A DNA stretch of 32,000 nt from Candidatus Omnitrophota bacterium (GCA_023818895.1 JAMWCX010000001.1:30001-62000), one strand, 5' to 3'; shown: positions 19,115 to 29,222, numbered from the stretch's first letter. The notes: generated by a model from the sequence alone, not told the origin. Numbers and translations are program-made.

Positions 19115-20281
19115 ATGAGACTAGCTAAGAGGGTTTCTGGAATAGATGAATCCGTTACGCTGGAGATAACCTCAAGGGCCAAGAAGATGGCCAAAGAGGG
19201 TATAGATGTTGTCAGTTTCGCGGCAGGAGAGCCGGACTTTGATACGCCCAAGCACATCAAAGACGCCGCCATCAGGGCAATAAACGAAGGTTTCACCAAG
19301 TATACCCCCTCAAGCGGTATGCCGGAGCTTAGGGAAGCGATATCCAAGAAATTCAAAGTCGATAACGGGATTGATTACGCGGCCAGTCAGATAGTTGTTT
19401 CAAATGGCGCTAAGCATTCTCTTAATAATGTATTTCAGGCGCTATGCGATACCGGCGATGAAGTTTTAATACCGGCACCCTACTGGCTGAGTTACCCCGC
19501 TATGGTGAGGATGGCCGAGGCAACCCCTGTGTTTGTTGAAACCAAGGCCTCGAACAGTTTTAAAGTCACGCCCAAAGACCTTGAGGCTAAGATTACAAAG
19601 AAGACCAAGTGCATGGTGTTAAATAGTCCCTCCAACCCAACCGGCGGTATCTACGAACTGGAGGACCTTAAGGGCATCGCCGCACTAGCGGTAAAGCACG
19701 ATTTTTTTATCGTAAGCGATGAGATATATGAGAAGCTCATCTATGATGGTAAGAAGCATTATTCTATAGCTTCGCTCGGTAAGGATATATACGAGCGCAC
19801 TATAACAGTTAATGGCGTCTCTAAGAGCTATTCTATGACTGGCTGGCGCATAGGATACGCCGCAGGGCCTGCGGATATAATGAAAGCTATAGGGAACCTT
19901 CAGAGTCACGCCACCTCCAATCCGTCTTCCATAAGCCAGAAGGCTGCCCTCGTCGGCCTTTCGCAGGATCAGTCTTTTGTTGAAGATATGAGGAAGGAAT
20001 ACGAGAAAAGGCGCGATTACATGGTCAACCGCGTTAATGCGATGAAGAATATCTCCTGTTTCAAGCCGGCAGGGGCCTTCTATCTTTTTTGCGATATATC
20101 CAAGACCGGCAAAGATTCCATAGAGACGGCCAATCGCCTTCTTGACGAAGCGAAGGTCGCGGTGATACCAGGAGAGCCTTTCGGTGCGGTTGACTGGATA
20201 CGTTTGAGTTTCGCGACAGATATGAAGACGATCGAGAAAGGCATGGACAGGATGGAGGAGTATTTTAGAAAACATGGGTAA
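19115..20281 (+). CDS. aspC: Class I (subgroup Ib-like) aspartate aminotransferase, PLP-dependent
   Basis: 388 aa. GEPDFDTP, NSPSNPTG, SDEIY and the PLP-lysine motif SKSYSMTGWRIGY. Confidence 0.88.
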   Translation: MRLAKRVSGIDESVTLEITSRAKKMAKEGIDVVSFAAGEPDFDTPKHIKDAAIRAINEGFTKYTPSSGMPELREAISKKFKVDNGIDYAASQIVVSNGAKHSLNNVFQALCDTGDEVLIPAPYWLSYPAMVRMAEATPVFVETKASNSFKVTPKDLEAKITKKTKCMVLNSPSNPTGGIYELEDLKGIAALAVKHDFFIVSDEIYEKLIYDGKKHYSIASLGKDIYERTITVNGVSKSYSMTGWRIGYAAGPADIMKAIGNLQSHATSNPSSISQKAALVGLSQDQSFVEDMRKEYEKRRDYMVNRVNAMKNISCFKPAGAFYLFCDISKTGKDSIETANRLLDEAKVAVIPGEPFGAVDWIRLSFATDMKTIEKGMDRMEEYFRKHG

Positions 20282-21536
20282 GACGATAGCCGAAAAGATA
20301 CTTTCGAGCCATTCTGGCAAAGACCTTAAGGCAGGGGATATCGCTATCTGCAATGTTGACTTTTGTTTCGGCCAGGATGGGACGAGTTCCATTATAATCG
20401 ACAGCTTCAAAAAACTCAGTGTGGCAAAACCTTTCGACAAATCAAAATTCTACATGATCATAGACCATTCCGCTCCGAGTCCTAATATAGGTGTTTCCGC
20501 GATACACAAGAAGATGCGTGATTTCGCGAAGCAATTCGAGATAGGTCTCTATGACATCGGATGCGGCGTGTGCCACCAGCTTGTTCCCCAAGAGGGGTAT
20601 GTTACCTGCGGAGATCTTGTTATAGGCGCCGATTCACATACTTGCACTTACGGCGCCATAAACGTCTTTTCGACAGGCGTTGGTTCTACCGACCTTGCCA
20701 TAACGGCCGCAAGCGGCAAAAACTGGTTCAGGGTGCCTGAGACGATAAAGATCGTGGTTGAAGGCAGGCTCCCAAAGGGTGTATATTCGAAAGATGTTAT
20801 GCTCCACATAGCTAAAGATATAGGCGCCAATGGGGCGACATACAAGGCCGTTGAGTTTTACGGCGATGCCATATCCGCTATGTCGGTTGACGCCCGTTTT
20901 ACCATTACCAATATGGCCGTTGAGATAGGCGCCAAGATTGGAATTATGGAGGCGGACAGTAAAGTGCTTAAGTGGGTGGCGGAGCATTCTGCCAGAGAGC
21001 CGAAGCCTGTCAAGGCGGATATGGACGCCAAATACTACAGCGTAAAGACCTACAATGTTTCTGAGCTCGTCCCCCAGGTTGCCAAACCCCATGCTGTGGA
21101 TAATGTTGCCGATGTGACTGAGCTTGCTGACGTCAAAATAGACCAGGCGTTTGTCGGGACATGCACTAATGGCCGGCTTGAGGACCTTGAGATCACGGCG
21201 GCGATACTTAAAGGAAGGAAAATTCATCCTGATGTAAAATTCGTAATTGCGCCCGCATCGAGAAAGATATACTTGGAAGCGCTTAGAAAGGGCTACATTG
21301 ATATTTTTATCAATGCGGGCTGCGCTGTAGTCGCGCCGGGATGTGGCCCTTGCGTAGGAACTCATAACGGCGTTCTTGCTGATGGCGAAGTCGCCATCTC
21401 CACGGCGAACAGGAATTTCAAGGGCAGGATGGGCAACCCGAACTCTTTTATCTATCTGGCAAGCCCCGCTACTGTGGCCGCCTCCGCCCTGACCGGGAAA
21501 ATCACCGATCCCAGAGAACATAAAAAGAGGTTATAG
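20274..21536 (+). CDS. Aconitase-family hydro-lyase large subunit (archaeal-type LeuC/HacA-like; substrate unassigned)
   Basis: 420 aa. 8-nt overlap with the aminotransferase gene. Fe-S ligand motifs GTCTNGR and APGCGPCVG; GADSHT; short two-subunit architecture. Confidence 0.9.
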   Translation: MGKTIAEKILSSHSGKDLKAGDIAICNVDFCFGQDGTSSIIIDSFKKLSVAKPFDKSKFYMIIDHSAPSPNIGVSAIHKKMRDFAKQFEIGLYDIGCGVCHQLVPQEGYVTCGDLVIGADSHTCTYGAINVFSTGVGSTDLAITAASGKNWFRVPETIKIVVEGRLPKGVYSKDVMLHIAKDIGANGATYKAVEFYGDAISAMSVDARFTITNMAVEIGAKIGIMEADSKVLKWVAEHSAREPKPVKADMDAKYYSVKTYNVSELVPQVAKPHAVDNVADVTELADVKIDQAFVGTCTNGRLEDLEITAAILKGRKIHPDVKFVIAPASRKIYLEALRKGYIDIFINAGCAVVAPGCGPCVGTHNGVLADGEVAISTANRNFKGRMGNPNSFIYLASPATVAASALTGKITDPREHKKRL

Positions 21537-21539
21537 CGC

Positions 21540-22040
21540 ATGAAGCATTTCGCGAGACGTCTTAAAGTCAAGGACAACATAAACACCGACTATGTCATAT
21601 CCGGGCGGTATAAATTTAAGATACAGGATCCAAAAGAGTTGGCAAAACACATCTTTGAGGATATAGACCCGGATTTCGCAGGCCGCATCAAGAAGGGTGA
21701 CATATTAGTCGCGGGCGAGAATTTTGGTTGCGGCTCTTCCAGGGAGCAAGCCCCTCAGGCGCTTAAGTCGTCGGGGTTCAGCGCGGTGGTAGCGAAGAGT
21801 TTCGCGAGGATATTTTACCGTAATGCTTTTAACATAGGGCTTCTCCTAATCGAGTGCAACACTGATTTCATCGATGATGGCGACGAATTGGAGATAGATA
21901 TAGAGAAAGGGAAGTTAAAGAATAAATCTAATGGACTTCTCTTGGATATAAATCCGATACCTTCGGTAATGAAAAAGCTTCTCGATGATGGCGGCGTGGT
22001 TGAGCATTTCCGGAAGCATGGAGGGTTTAAGTTTGAGTAA
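21540..22040 (+). CDS. Aconitase-family hydro-lyase small subunit (LeuD/HacB-like swivel domain)
   Basis: 166 aa. [27 protein letters not shown] and [14 protein letters not shown]. Confidence 0.9.
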   Translation: MKHFARRLKVKDNINTDYVISGRYKFKIQDPKELAKHIFEDIDPDFAGRIKKGDILVAGENFGCGSSREQAPQALKSSGFSAVVAKSFARIFYRNAFNIGLLLIECNTDFIDDGDELEIDIEKGKLKNKSNGLLLDINPIPSVMKKLLDDGGVVEHFRKHGGFKFE

Positions 22041-23124
22041 ACACAGAGTGACTCTTATACCAGGCGACGGCACCGGCCCGGAGCTTGTGGAAGCCGCCAG
22101 GCGCTGCGTGGATGCTCTTGGCGTAGGGATAGAGTGGGAGACGGTAGAGGCGGGGGAATGCGCTATTGAAAAATACAAAACCCCCCTGCCGGACTACGCG
22201 CTTGAGTCTATTAGAAGAAACGGAGTCGCTCTTAAAGGCCCTATAACTACGCCTGTGGGAACTGGTTTCAGGAGTGTTAATGTCGAATTCAGGAAGAGGC
22301 TTGATCTGTATGCGTGCTTGAGGCCATGCAAGAGCTATAAGGGCGTGCGTTCTCGGTACGAAAACATAGACCTTGTTATCGTGCGCGAGAATACCGAAGA
22401 CCTCTATGCCGGCATAGAATTCGAAAAAGGAACCACGGATTGCGGCAACCTTATCCAGATCCTCGAGAAGATGAGCAAAAAAAATATACGTTCTGATTCC
22501 GCGATAAGCATAAAGCCTATTTCCGTGGAGGGCTCCAAGCGCATAGTAAAGTTTGCCTTTGATTACGCCCTGAAGAATGGCCGCCGGAAAGTCACGGCCG
22601 TCCACAAGGCCAATATAATGAAATTCACCGACGGGCTTTTTCTTGAGGTCGCTCGGGAGGTGGCGAAGAACTATGAAGGCAAGATTGAGTTCGAGGATAG
22701 GATAGTGGACAACATGTGCATGCAGCTTGTCCAGAAACCCGAAGATTATGATGTCCTTGTGCTGCCGAATCTTTACGGCGACATTGTTTCGGATCTTGCG
22801 GCTGGGCTTGTGGGAGGGCTGGGAGTTGCTCCCGGTGCCAACATAGGGGAGACAGCCGCCCTATTCGAGCCGACGCACGGTAGCGCGCCGAAATACAAAG
22901 GGCTCAATAAGGTCAATCCTGTGGCTCTTATACTCTCGGCTGTTCTTATGCTCAAATATCTGGGCGAGGATGAGCCTGCAAGCCGTCTTGAGTCTGCTGT
23001 TGCAGAGGTAATAGCCGAAGGAAAGTACGTGACGTATGATATGAAGAAGGATAGAAACGATCCGTCGGCGGTTGGAACAAGTCAGATGGCAGACGCGATA
23101 ATCAGAAAAATCAGTAAAGCGTGA
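22018..23124 (+). CDS. icd: Isocitrate dehydrogenase, IDH3-like (probably NAD-dependent) member of the isocitrate/isopropylmalate dehydrogenase family
   Basis: [59 protein letters not shown] and [19 protein letters not shown]. The start is uncertain: ATG 22018 or TTG 22033 (preceded by GGAGGG). The ORF-track start at 21985 lies inside the upstream gene. Confidence 0.85.
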   Translation: MEGLSLSKHRVTLIPGDGTGPELVEAARRCVDALGVGIEWETVEAGECAIEKYKTPLPDYALESIRRNGVALKGPITTPVGTGFRSVNVEFRKRLDLYACLRPCKSYKGVRSRYENIDLVIVRENTEDLYAGIEFEKGTTDCGNLIQILEKMSKKNIRSDSAISIKPISVEGSKRIVKFAFDYALKNGRRKVTAVHKANIMKFTDGLFLEVAREVAKNYEGKIEFEDRIVDNMCMQLVQKPEDYDVLVLPNLYGDIVSDLAAGLVGGLGVAPGANIGETAALFEPTHGSAPKYKGLNKVNPVALILSAVLMLKYLGEDEPASRLESAVAEVIAEGKYVTYDMKKDRNDPSAVGTSQMADAIIRKISKA

Positions 23125-23151
23125 TTTTAATGAGCGCAGAGGTATTCAATC

Positions 23152-24090
23152 ATGCAAGGCTCGTGTCCTAAAGTGTCAATAATAGGCGCAGGCGCGGTTG
23201 GAGCAACTCTTGCCCAAAGGATATTCGAATCCAACCTAGCGGACGTCGTGCTTGTCGATATACTTGAAAAGGTCGCCTGCGGCAAGGCCCTCGATCTCAT
23301 GGATGGGGCGCCTATTATGGCCACAGAGCGTTCGATACTCGGCACAGGCGATTACGCTGCCGTGGCTGATTCGGATATAGTGGTGATAACAGCAGGACTC
23401 GCGAGAAAACCGGGAATGTCCAGAGAGGACCTCATATCTAAGAACGCCGCCATTGTGAAAGACGTGTCGTGCCAAGTGAAAAGATATGCGCCGTCTTCCA
23501 TCGTGATAGTCGTGACTAATCCACTCGATTCTATGGCCTATCTTGTTTATAAGACCACAGGTTTCAAACGTGAAAAGGTGCTGGGCATGGCTGGCGTGCT
23601 GGATGGATCACGTTTTATTGCTCTCATAGCGGATGATCTTAAAGTCCCGCGCGCCTCAATAACGGCTATGGTTTTGGGAAGTCATGGCGATACCATGGTG
23701 CCTGTAGTTTCGAAAACCTTTGTAGGCGGTGAACCGTTGACTAAACTCATGGCGAAAGACAGGATTGAGAGTATAATAAAGAGGACCTGTAACCGCGGGG
23801 CTGAGATAGTCTCGTGTCTTGGCACAGGTAGTGCTTATTACTCACCGAGCGCAGCGGTATTTAGCATGGTTAAGGCTATCCTAAGGGATACCAAGGAGAT
23901 AATGACAGTATCGGCTTATCTGGAAGGCGAGTTCGGCCTGAAAGACATATACATAGGAGTCCCATGTAGGATCGGAAGAGCGGGCATAGAAGAGGTGCTT
24001 GAGATAGACCTCTCTGACGAAGAATCTAGCGCTTTTCACAGATCGGCGCAGGCGATCAGGCAATCGATCGCCTCGCACCTTCTTTGTTAG
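23152..24090 (+). CDS. mdh: Malate dehydrogenase (LDH-like family)
   Basis: 312 aa. IIGAGAVGA Rossmann motif. GLARKPGMSREDL, where Arg rather than Gln is typical of MDH specificity. TNPLD and GSHGDTMVP. Confidence 0.92.
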   Translation: MQGSCPKVSIIGAGAVGATLAQRIFESNLADVVLVDILEKVACGKALDLMDGAPIMATERSILGTGDYAAVADSDIVVITAGLARKPGMSREDLISKNAAIVKDVSCQVKRYAPSSIVIVVTNPLDSMAYLVYKTTGFKREKVLGMAGVLDGSRFIALIADDLKVPRASITAMVLGSHGDTMVPVVSKTFVGGEPLTKLMAKDRIESIIKRTCNRGAEIVSCLGTGSAYYSPSAAVFSMVKAILRDTKEIMTVSAYLEGEFGLKDIYIGVPCRIGRAGIEEVLEIDLSDEESSAFHRSAQAIRQSIASHLLC

Positions 24091-24115
24091 AAGGAGGTTA
24101 GTAAAGAAAAACACT

Positions 24116-25480
24116 GTGAAGACCTATGACATCGCTATAATAGGTTCGGGGCCAGGCGGTTACGTCGCCGGCCTCTATGCTTCGCGGCATGGTTTGAATG
24201 TCGCCGTTATAGAGAAAGACTTTGTCGGTGGAACATGCCTTAACCGCGGCTGCATATCTACAAAATCCCTCCTCAATTCCGTATCTATATTTTCCAAGAT
24301 AAAGAAGGCCGCGGCATTGGGCGTTAAGGCAGAAGGTGTAAGTTTAGATTTTGCCAGGATGATGGCCCGCAAGAACGAAGTAGTTGCGCGGCTGAGAGCT
24401 GGTATCGAGACGCTTTTCAGAGCAGCGGGGGTGGATCTTGTTAGAGGCCAAGCAAGGTTAAAGGGCCCTGGCGCTATATCGGTAGCTGGTATAGGAGATC
24501 TCAAGGCTAATAATATCATAATAGCCGCAGGTTCGCGTGTCGCTGAGATCCCCAGCATAAGAATAGACGGCTCGTCCGTACTTTCGAGCGACAACGTGCT
24601 TGACATAAACGCGATACCCGCAAGCATACTTATCGTAGGAGGCGGCGTGATAGGGTGCGAGTTTGCCAATCTCTTCAATAAACTCGGTTCTAAAGTCACG
24701 ATAGTGGAGATTACCGAGACACTTATACCGACGCAGTCCCGCGAGATAGCGAAAAAACTCGAGCTCATTATGAAAAAAGAAGGTGTTGATATATATCTTG
24801 CGTCGAAGGTGGAATCGATCGAAAAAAGAACAGATATTTCGGTAAAAATATCTGGTGGGAGGAGTGTGGACGTGGAGAAGGTTTTGGTCTCAGTGGGCAG
24901 GAGGCCGAACACCGAATCGCTAGGTCTTGAAGAAGTTGGCATAAAGACAGAGTCCGGAAGGATTTGCGTGGATGAGTATTTGCGCACATCCGCAGACGGC
25001 ATATACGCTATAGGCGACTGTGTCAGCGGTCCACTACTGGCGCACAAGGCCTCATATGATGGTATCCTTGCCTGCGATAATATAATGGGGAAGAATAGAA
25101 GGGTAGATTATTCTAATATACCTAATTGCATCTGGACTGATCCCGAGATAGCCAGTGTGGGGCTGTCCGAAGAGGGCGCTAAGGCCTCTTGTGCCGATGT
25201 TAAGACCGCGAAATTTCCTTATATTGCCTCAGGCAAGGCGTATCTTGAGGCTGAGACCGAAGGATTTGTTAAAATAATAGGTAATAGCGGCGGGGATATA
25301 TTGGGAGTGGAAATATTTGGCAAGGACGCGTGTAATCTTATAGGTGAAGCGACACTCGCGCGTACTATGGGCATAAAGGTAAATGAGTGGAGCAGGGTGG
25401 TTCACGCGCATCCGACGCTTTCGGAAATTTTGCAAGAGGCCTCGCACGCATTCTGCGGAAAGGCAATACACGGCATATGA
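24116..25480 (+). CDS. lpdA: Dihydrolipoyl dehydrogenase (E3)
   Basis: GTG start after AAGGAGG. GSGPGGY FAD motif, redox disulfide GGTCLNRGCISTK, and C-terminal HAHPTLSE. 454 aa. Confidence 0.94.
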   Translation: MKTYDIAIIGSGPGGYVAGLYASRHGLNVAVIEKDFVGGTCLNRGCISTKSLLNSVSIFSKIKKAAALGVKAEGVSLDFARMMARKNEVVARLRAGIETLFRAAGVDLVRGQARLKGPGAISVAGIGDLKANNIIIAAGSRVAEIPSIRIDGSSVLSSDNVLDINAIPASILIVGGGVIGCEFANLFNKLGSKVTIVEITETLIPTQSREIAKKLELIMKKEGVDIYLASKVESIEKRTDISVKISGGRSVDVEKVLVSVGRRPNTESLGLEEVGIKTESGRICVDEYLRTSADGIYAIGDCVSGPLLAHKASYDGILACDNIMGKNRRVDYSNIPNCIWTDPEIASVGLSEEGAKASCADVKTAKFPYIASGKAYLEAETEGFVKIIGNSGGDILGVEIFGKDACNLIGEATLARTMGIKVNEWSRVVHAHPTLSEILQEASHAFCGKAIHGI

Positions 25481-26142
25481 TAATAGACCTTGGCTTGACA
25501 GATTATGAGCAGGCATATCGAGCTCAGCTGGAGTTTGTGGCCAGGCGCAAGCTTGGAGAGATAGAAGATACGCTGCTTATAACAGAGCATAATCCGGTAT
25601 TTACCATAGGAAGGACAGGTTCAAAGGAAAGTCTTCTAGTCGATGAGAAGGTTCTGGCCCAAAAAGGTATAAAGGTCCTATCTGTCGACAGAGGCGGAGA
25701 CATAACTTTCCACGGCCCTGGCCAGCTTGTGGCATATCCGATAATAGACCTCAAGGCCTCTTTATGTGATCTTCACAGATACCTACGCTATCTTGAAGAG
25801 GCCGTTATCCTATTCCTCAAAAGATATTCCGTTGCCGCTGGCCGCATAACGGGCAAGACTGGCGTATGGGTTCAGGGAAGAAAGATAGCATCATTAGGCA
25901 TAGGGGCATCCGGTTGGGTCACCTATCATGGTCTCAGCATCAACATTAATGTCGACCTTTCTTTCTTTGCTATGATATATCCCTGCGGCATGAAGAGCGT
26001 CGAGACTATTTCCCTGAATCGCATTTTGGGTAAAAATGTGGCTATGGACGAGGCGAAACGCATTTTCGTGGCTTACTTTCAGAAGGTGTTTAATCTTGGT
26101 GACATCTGTTATCGAGACAGGCGCAAGACCCAAGTGGCTTAA
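25477..26142 (+). CDS. lipB: Octanoyltransferase (lipoyl(octanoyl) transferase)
   Basis: The ORF track begins at 25387 inside lpdA. ATG 25477 (ATGA overlap) gives MIIDLGLTDYEQA..., 221 aa. RGGDITFHGPGQLVAYPI and YPCGM motifs. Confidence 0.93.
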   Translation: MIIDLGLTDYEQAYRAQLEFVARRKLGEIEDTLLITEHNPVFTIGRTGSKESLLVDEKVLAQKGIKVLSVDRGGDITFHGPGQLVAYPIIDLKASLCDLHRYLRYLEEAVILFLKRYSVAAGRITGKTGVWVQGRKIASLGIGASGWVTYHGLSININVDLSFFAMIYPCGMKSVETISLNRILGKNVAMDEAKRIFVAYFQKVFNLGDICYRDRRKTQVA

Positions 26143-26977
26143 TAAGCGACTAGTCCTCAGTCCCATATTTGATGAGACAAGATCCGCGCTAAATAGTTTG
26201 CGCATAAATACGGTATGCGAGTCTAGTAGATGCCCTAATCTAACAGAATGTTTCTCGCGAAGAAACGCGACATTCCTTATTTTGGGGAGAAATTGCACGA
26301 GGGCCTGCGCGTTTTGCTCGATCAATAAAGGGTTGCCGGCCAGACTCGATACGGAAGAGCCATACAGGCTTGCGAGTGCGGCGAAACGTTTGGGAGTTAA
26401 ACATGTAGTAATAACTTCGGTCACGCGGGACGACCTCGAGGACGGCGGCGCAAGCCAATTTGTTGCGTGCGTGAAAGCGTTGAGGGAGTTATCGGTCGAA
26501 ATAACAGTTGAGGTCCTGGTTCCCGATTTCGCAGGGAAGCTATTGTCGGTTGATAAGGTGCTCGCTTCTGGTCCGCATGTATTCGGCCACAATATGGAAA
26601 CCACTAGGAGACTTTATCCGGCATTGAGAAAAGGAGCTGATTATGATGTCTCCTTGAGTATATTAAAAAAGGCGGCGTCTTTTTCGCCAAATGTTGTTGC
26701 CAAGTCAGGTATAATATTGGGGCTGGGTGAGTCCGAAGATGAGATTCGTAACACCATTCTAGATATAAGAGAGGCCGGATGCGATATGCTGACGATTGGC
26801 CAGTATTTGGCGCCGTCATCTGGTTGCGAGCCGGTTCATAAATTTTATAGACCGGAAGAATTCGAGTTCTACAGAGACATGGCCATTCGGGCGGGGTTTA
26901 AGGTTGTAAGCGCTGGCTCTTTTGTGAGAAGTTCTTATCTTGCCGAGATGATGTATAAAGAGACGAAAGGATGCTGA
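26099..26977 (+). CDS. lipA: Lipoyl synthase (radical SAM); start uncertain
   Basis: Auxiliary-cluster CESSRCPNLTEC and radical-SAM CTRACAFC motifs; RPKWL N-terminal motif. Candidate starts are TTG 26096, GTG 26099 or ATG 26036. All three overlap the lipB 3' end. Confidence 0.92.
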   Translation: MTSVIETGARPKWLNKRLVLSPIFDETRSALNSLRINTVCESSRCPNLTECFSRRNATFLILGRNCTRACAFCSINKGLPARLDTEEPYRLASAAKRLGVKHVVITSVTRDDLEDGGASQFVACVKALRELSVEITVEVLVPDFAGKLLSVDKVLASGPHVFGHNMETTRRLYPALRKGADYDVSLSILKKAASFSPNVVAKSGIILGLGESEDEIRNTILDIREAGCDMLTIGQYLAPSSGCEPVHKFYRPEEFEFYRDMAIRAGFKVVSAGSFVRSSYLAEMMYKETKGC

Positions 26978-26978
26978 T

Positions 26979-27209
26979 ATGACGGACGTAAAATTACCGG
27001 TGCTGGCGGAAGGCGTCAACAAGGCAACAGTTGCTTACTGGCACAAGAGCGTGGGAGATGCGGTGAAAGAAGGTGAAGATCTAGTGGAGCTTGTCACTGA
27101 TAAGGCCACATTCAACATGCCGTCCCCGGCTTCCGGTGTGTTGAAAGAGGTGCTGATAAGCGAAGGCGCCGAGGTGTCGGTAGGCCAGCTTTTAGCCAGA
27201 ATAGAATAG
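26979..27209 (+). CDS. Free-standing single lipoyl-attachment domain protein (76 aa)
   Basis: ATG lies 1 nt after the lipA stop. Biotinyl/lipoyl beta-barrel pattern with LVELVTDKATFNMPSP (DKA lipoyl-lysine motif, Lys42). No linker or catalytic domain follows. Confidence 0.85.
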   Translation: MTDVKLPVLAEGVNKATVAYWHKSVGDAVKEGEDLVELVTDKATFNMPSPASGVLKEVLISEGAEVSVGQLLARIE

Positions 27210-27213
27210 AATT

Positions 27214-28329
27214 ATGGCGCCAAAAGTATTATTGCTGTATATATCAGAACATTCCGGCCACCACTGCGCGAGCCTGGCGATCGAGAAGGCCTTGAAGGAG
27301 ATAAATCCAGCCGTAGAGACCATTAATATAAATTCCTTCAATTACACAAATCCGATACTTGAAAAGGTGATAAATAAGGCCTACATGGGCGTGGTTAAGC
27401 GCACGCCGGAGATATGGGATTATCTTTATGATAATCCCAAAGTGGTAAAGCGCACCCAGAAATTGAGGGAGCTGATACATAGGTTTAACACCAGTAAGCT
27501 TAAGGCATTGCTCGAGGAATCGCGGCCCGATGCGATTGTCTGCACTCAGGCATTCCCATGCGGAATGATCGCAGACTATAAAAGAACGTTTAACCTCGAT
27601 ATCGCGCTGATAGGCGTTCTGACTGATTACGCGCCTCACTCTTATTGGGTATATAATAACGTCGACAGGTATATCGTTCCTTCGGCGGAAACAGGGAAGA
27701 AACTGGTCGATAACGGCATAGACCAATCGAAGATCTCCGAATTTGGCATACCCATAGATCCCAAGTTTATGATTCAGCGCGACCGGCGAGATATTCGAGC
27801 CGAGTTGGGCTTGAGTGCGGATAAGCATTGCCTGCTGATAATGGGAGGAACGCAGGGGCTCGGGCCTATAAAGTCTGTGGTAAGGCTCCTTGATGGCTCG
27901 CCATTGGAAGTAGAGATGATGATAGCTACGGGCACGAACAATAGTCTTTTTGAGTGGCTTTCGTCAAGACGATTCAGGAAGAAGGTGCTCGTCTTCCCAT
28001 ATGCTGACAACGTCGAAGAACTAATGCAGGCAGCCAACGTGATCATAACAAAACCCGGCGGTATAACTACGGCCGAAGCGTTGGCCAGCGGCCTTCCTAT
28101 GCTTATAGTAAATCCGCTTCCCGGCCAGGAGGCCATGAATACCAAATTCCTGCTCAAAGAAGGCGTTGCCGTTAAAGCCGATACGCCACAGGACGTCCCC
28201 GTTCTGCTTGGAGAACTTCTTTATAACAAAGATAAGCTCAAAGCCATGGGGGAGAAGGGGCGTCTTCTCTCAAAACCCGACAGCGCGGTGAAGATAGCGC
28301 ATCTTGTGCTGGAGCTCGCAAAAAAATGA
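27214..28329 (+). CDS. GT28-family glycosyltransferase (MGDG synthase / UgtP-like diacylglycerol glycosyltransferase)
   Basis: 371 aa. N-terminal MGDG-synthase-like region (LLLYISEHSGHH...DAIVCTQAFP) and C-terminal GT-B motif ITKPGGITTAEALASGLPMLIVNPLPGQE. Confidence 0.82.
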   Translation: MAPKVLLLYISEHSGHHCASLAIEKALKEINPAVETININSFNYTNPILEKVINKAYMGVVKRTPEIWDYLYDNPKVVKRTQKLRELIHRFNTSKLKALLEESRPDAIVCTQAFPCGMIADYKRTFNLDIALIGVLTDYAPHSYWVYNNVDRYIVPSAETGKKLVDNGIDQSKISEFGIPIDPKFMIQRDRRDIRAELGLSADKHCLLIMGGTQGLGPIKSVVRLLDGSPLEVEMMIATGTNNSLFEWLSSRRFRKKVLVFPYADNVEELMQAANVIITKPGGITTAEALASGLPMLIVNPLPGQEAMNTKFLLKEGVAVKADTPQDVPVLLGELLYNKDKLKAMGEKGRLLSKPDSAVKIAHLVLELAKK

Positions 28330-29222
28330 TATTATACATATTATATAAAATGGGCCATTTCTTCGCTCTATTGCTACCGCTAAAGGTTTCATACGCGCTG
28401 GCCTGTGTTATAGCCGATATTTTCTGCTTTTTCTCTACAAAAGATCGCGCCGTAGTCATTAATAATCTGAAAATCATAACCGATTCTTCCGCCAATGATA
28501 AACAGATAGTGGCCATGGCAAGAGAAGTGTTTAGGCATTTCGCCAAATATCTTGTAGATTTCTTCAGGTTTCAGAAAGTAGACCTCGAGTACATACGGAA
28601 GTTTGTTAAGATAGAGGGAGAAGAGAATCTGAGGGCCGCTTTGGCTAATAGCAGAGGTGTTATCTTGCTGTCGGCGCATATGGGAAATTGGGAGCTGGGC
28701 GGTGTGATTATTTCGATGATGGGCTATCCGGTCAGCGGCGTGGTCCTCACCCATCAGAACAAGAAGATAAACGATTTTTTCACCCGACAGAGACTCACCG
28801 GCAATATGACGCCTATAGAGATAGGCGCTTCGCTTAAAGCCTGCTACAGAGTCCTTAGAAATAACGGTCTTCTTGCTCTCCTGGGTGACAGGGATTTTAC
28901 CAAGAATGGCCTTCCGGTTAAGCTTTTCGGTCGTTGTGTTCTAGTTCCGCGTGGACCGGCCGTATTCAGTTATAGGATAGGGTCAGCGATAGTGCCATCT
29001 TTTATGGTAAGAGAAAGAGACGATACCTTTAGGCTTGTCTTTAGCGAGCCGCTGTTTGCCGACCGCTCAAAGGCGGAGGAGGAGGCTATAATTGAGCTTG
29101 CTGGAAAGTACACAGCCGTGACAGAGGCCTTTATAAGACAGTATCCTGAACAATGGTATATTTTTAAAGATATTTGGTTGCAAGATGCCCAAAACGATAT
29201 GCGTCCTGATACCATCGTATAA
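28326..29222 (+). CDS. LpxL/HtrB-family (lysophospholipid acyltransferase superfamily) acyltransferase
   Basis: 298 aa. ATGA overlap with the GT28 gene. N-terminal hydrophobic anchor, catalytic HMGNWELGG (Hx4E) and GDRDF blocks. Confidence 0.82.
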   Translation: MILYILYKMGHFFALLLPLKVSYALACVIADIFCFFSTKDRAVVINNLKIITDSSANDKQIVAMAREVFRHFAKYLVDFFRFQKVDLEYIRKFVKIEGEENLRAALANSRGVILLSAHMGNWELGGVIISMMGYPVSGVVLTHQNKKINDFFTRQRLTGNMTPIEIGASLKACYRVLRNNGLLALLGDRDFTKNGLPVKLFGRCVLVPRGPAVFSYRIGSAIVPSFMVRERDDTFRLVFSEPLFADRSKAEEEAIIELAGKYTAVTEAFIRQYPEQWYIFKDIWLQDAQNDMRPDTIV

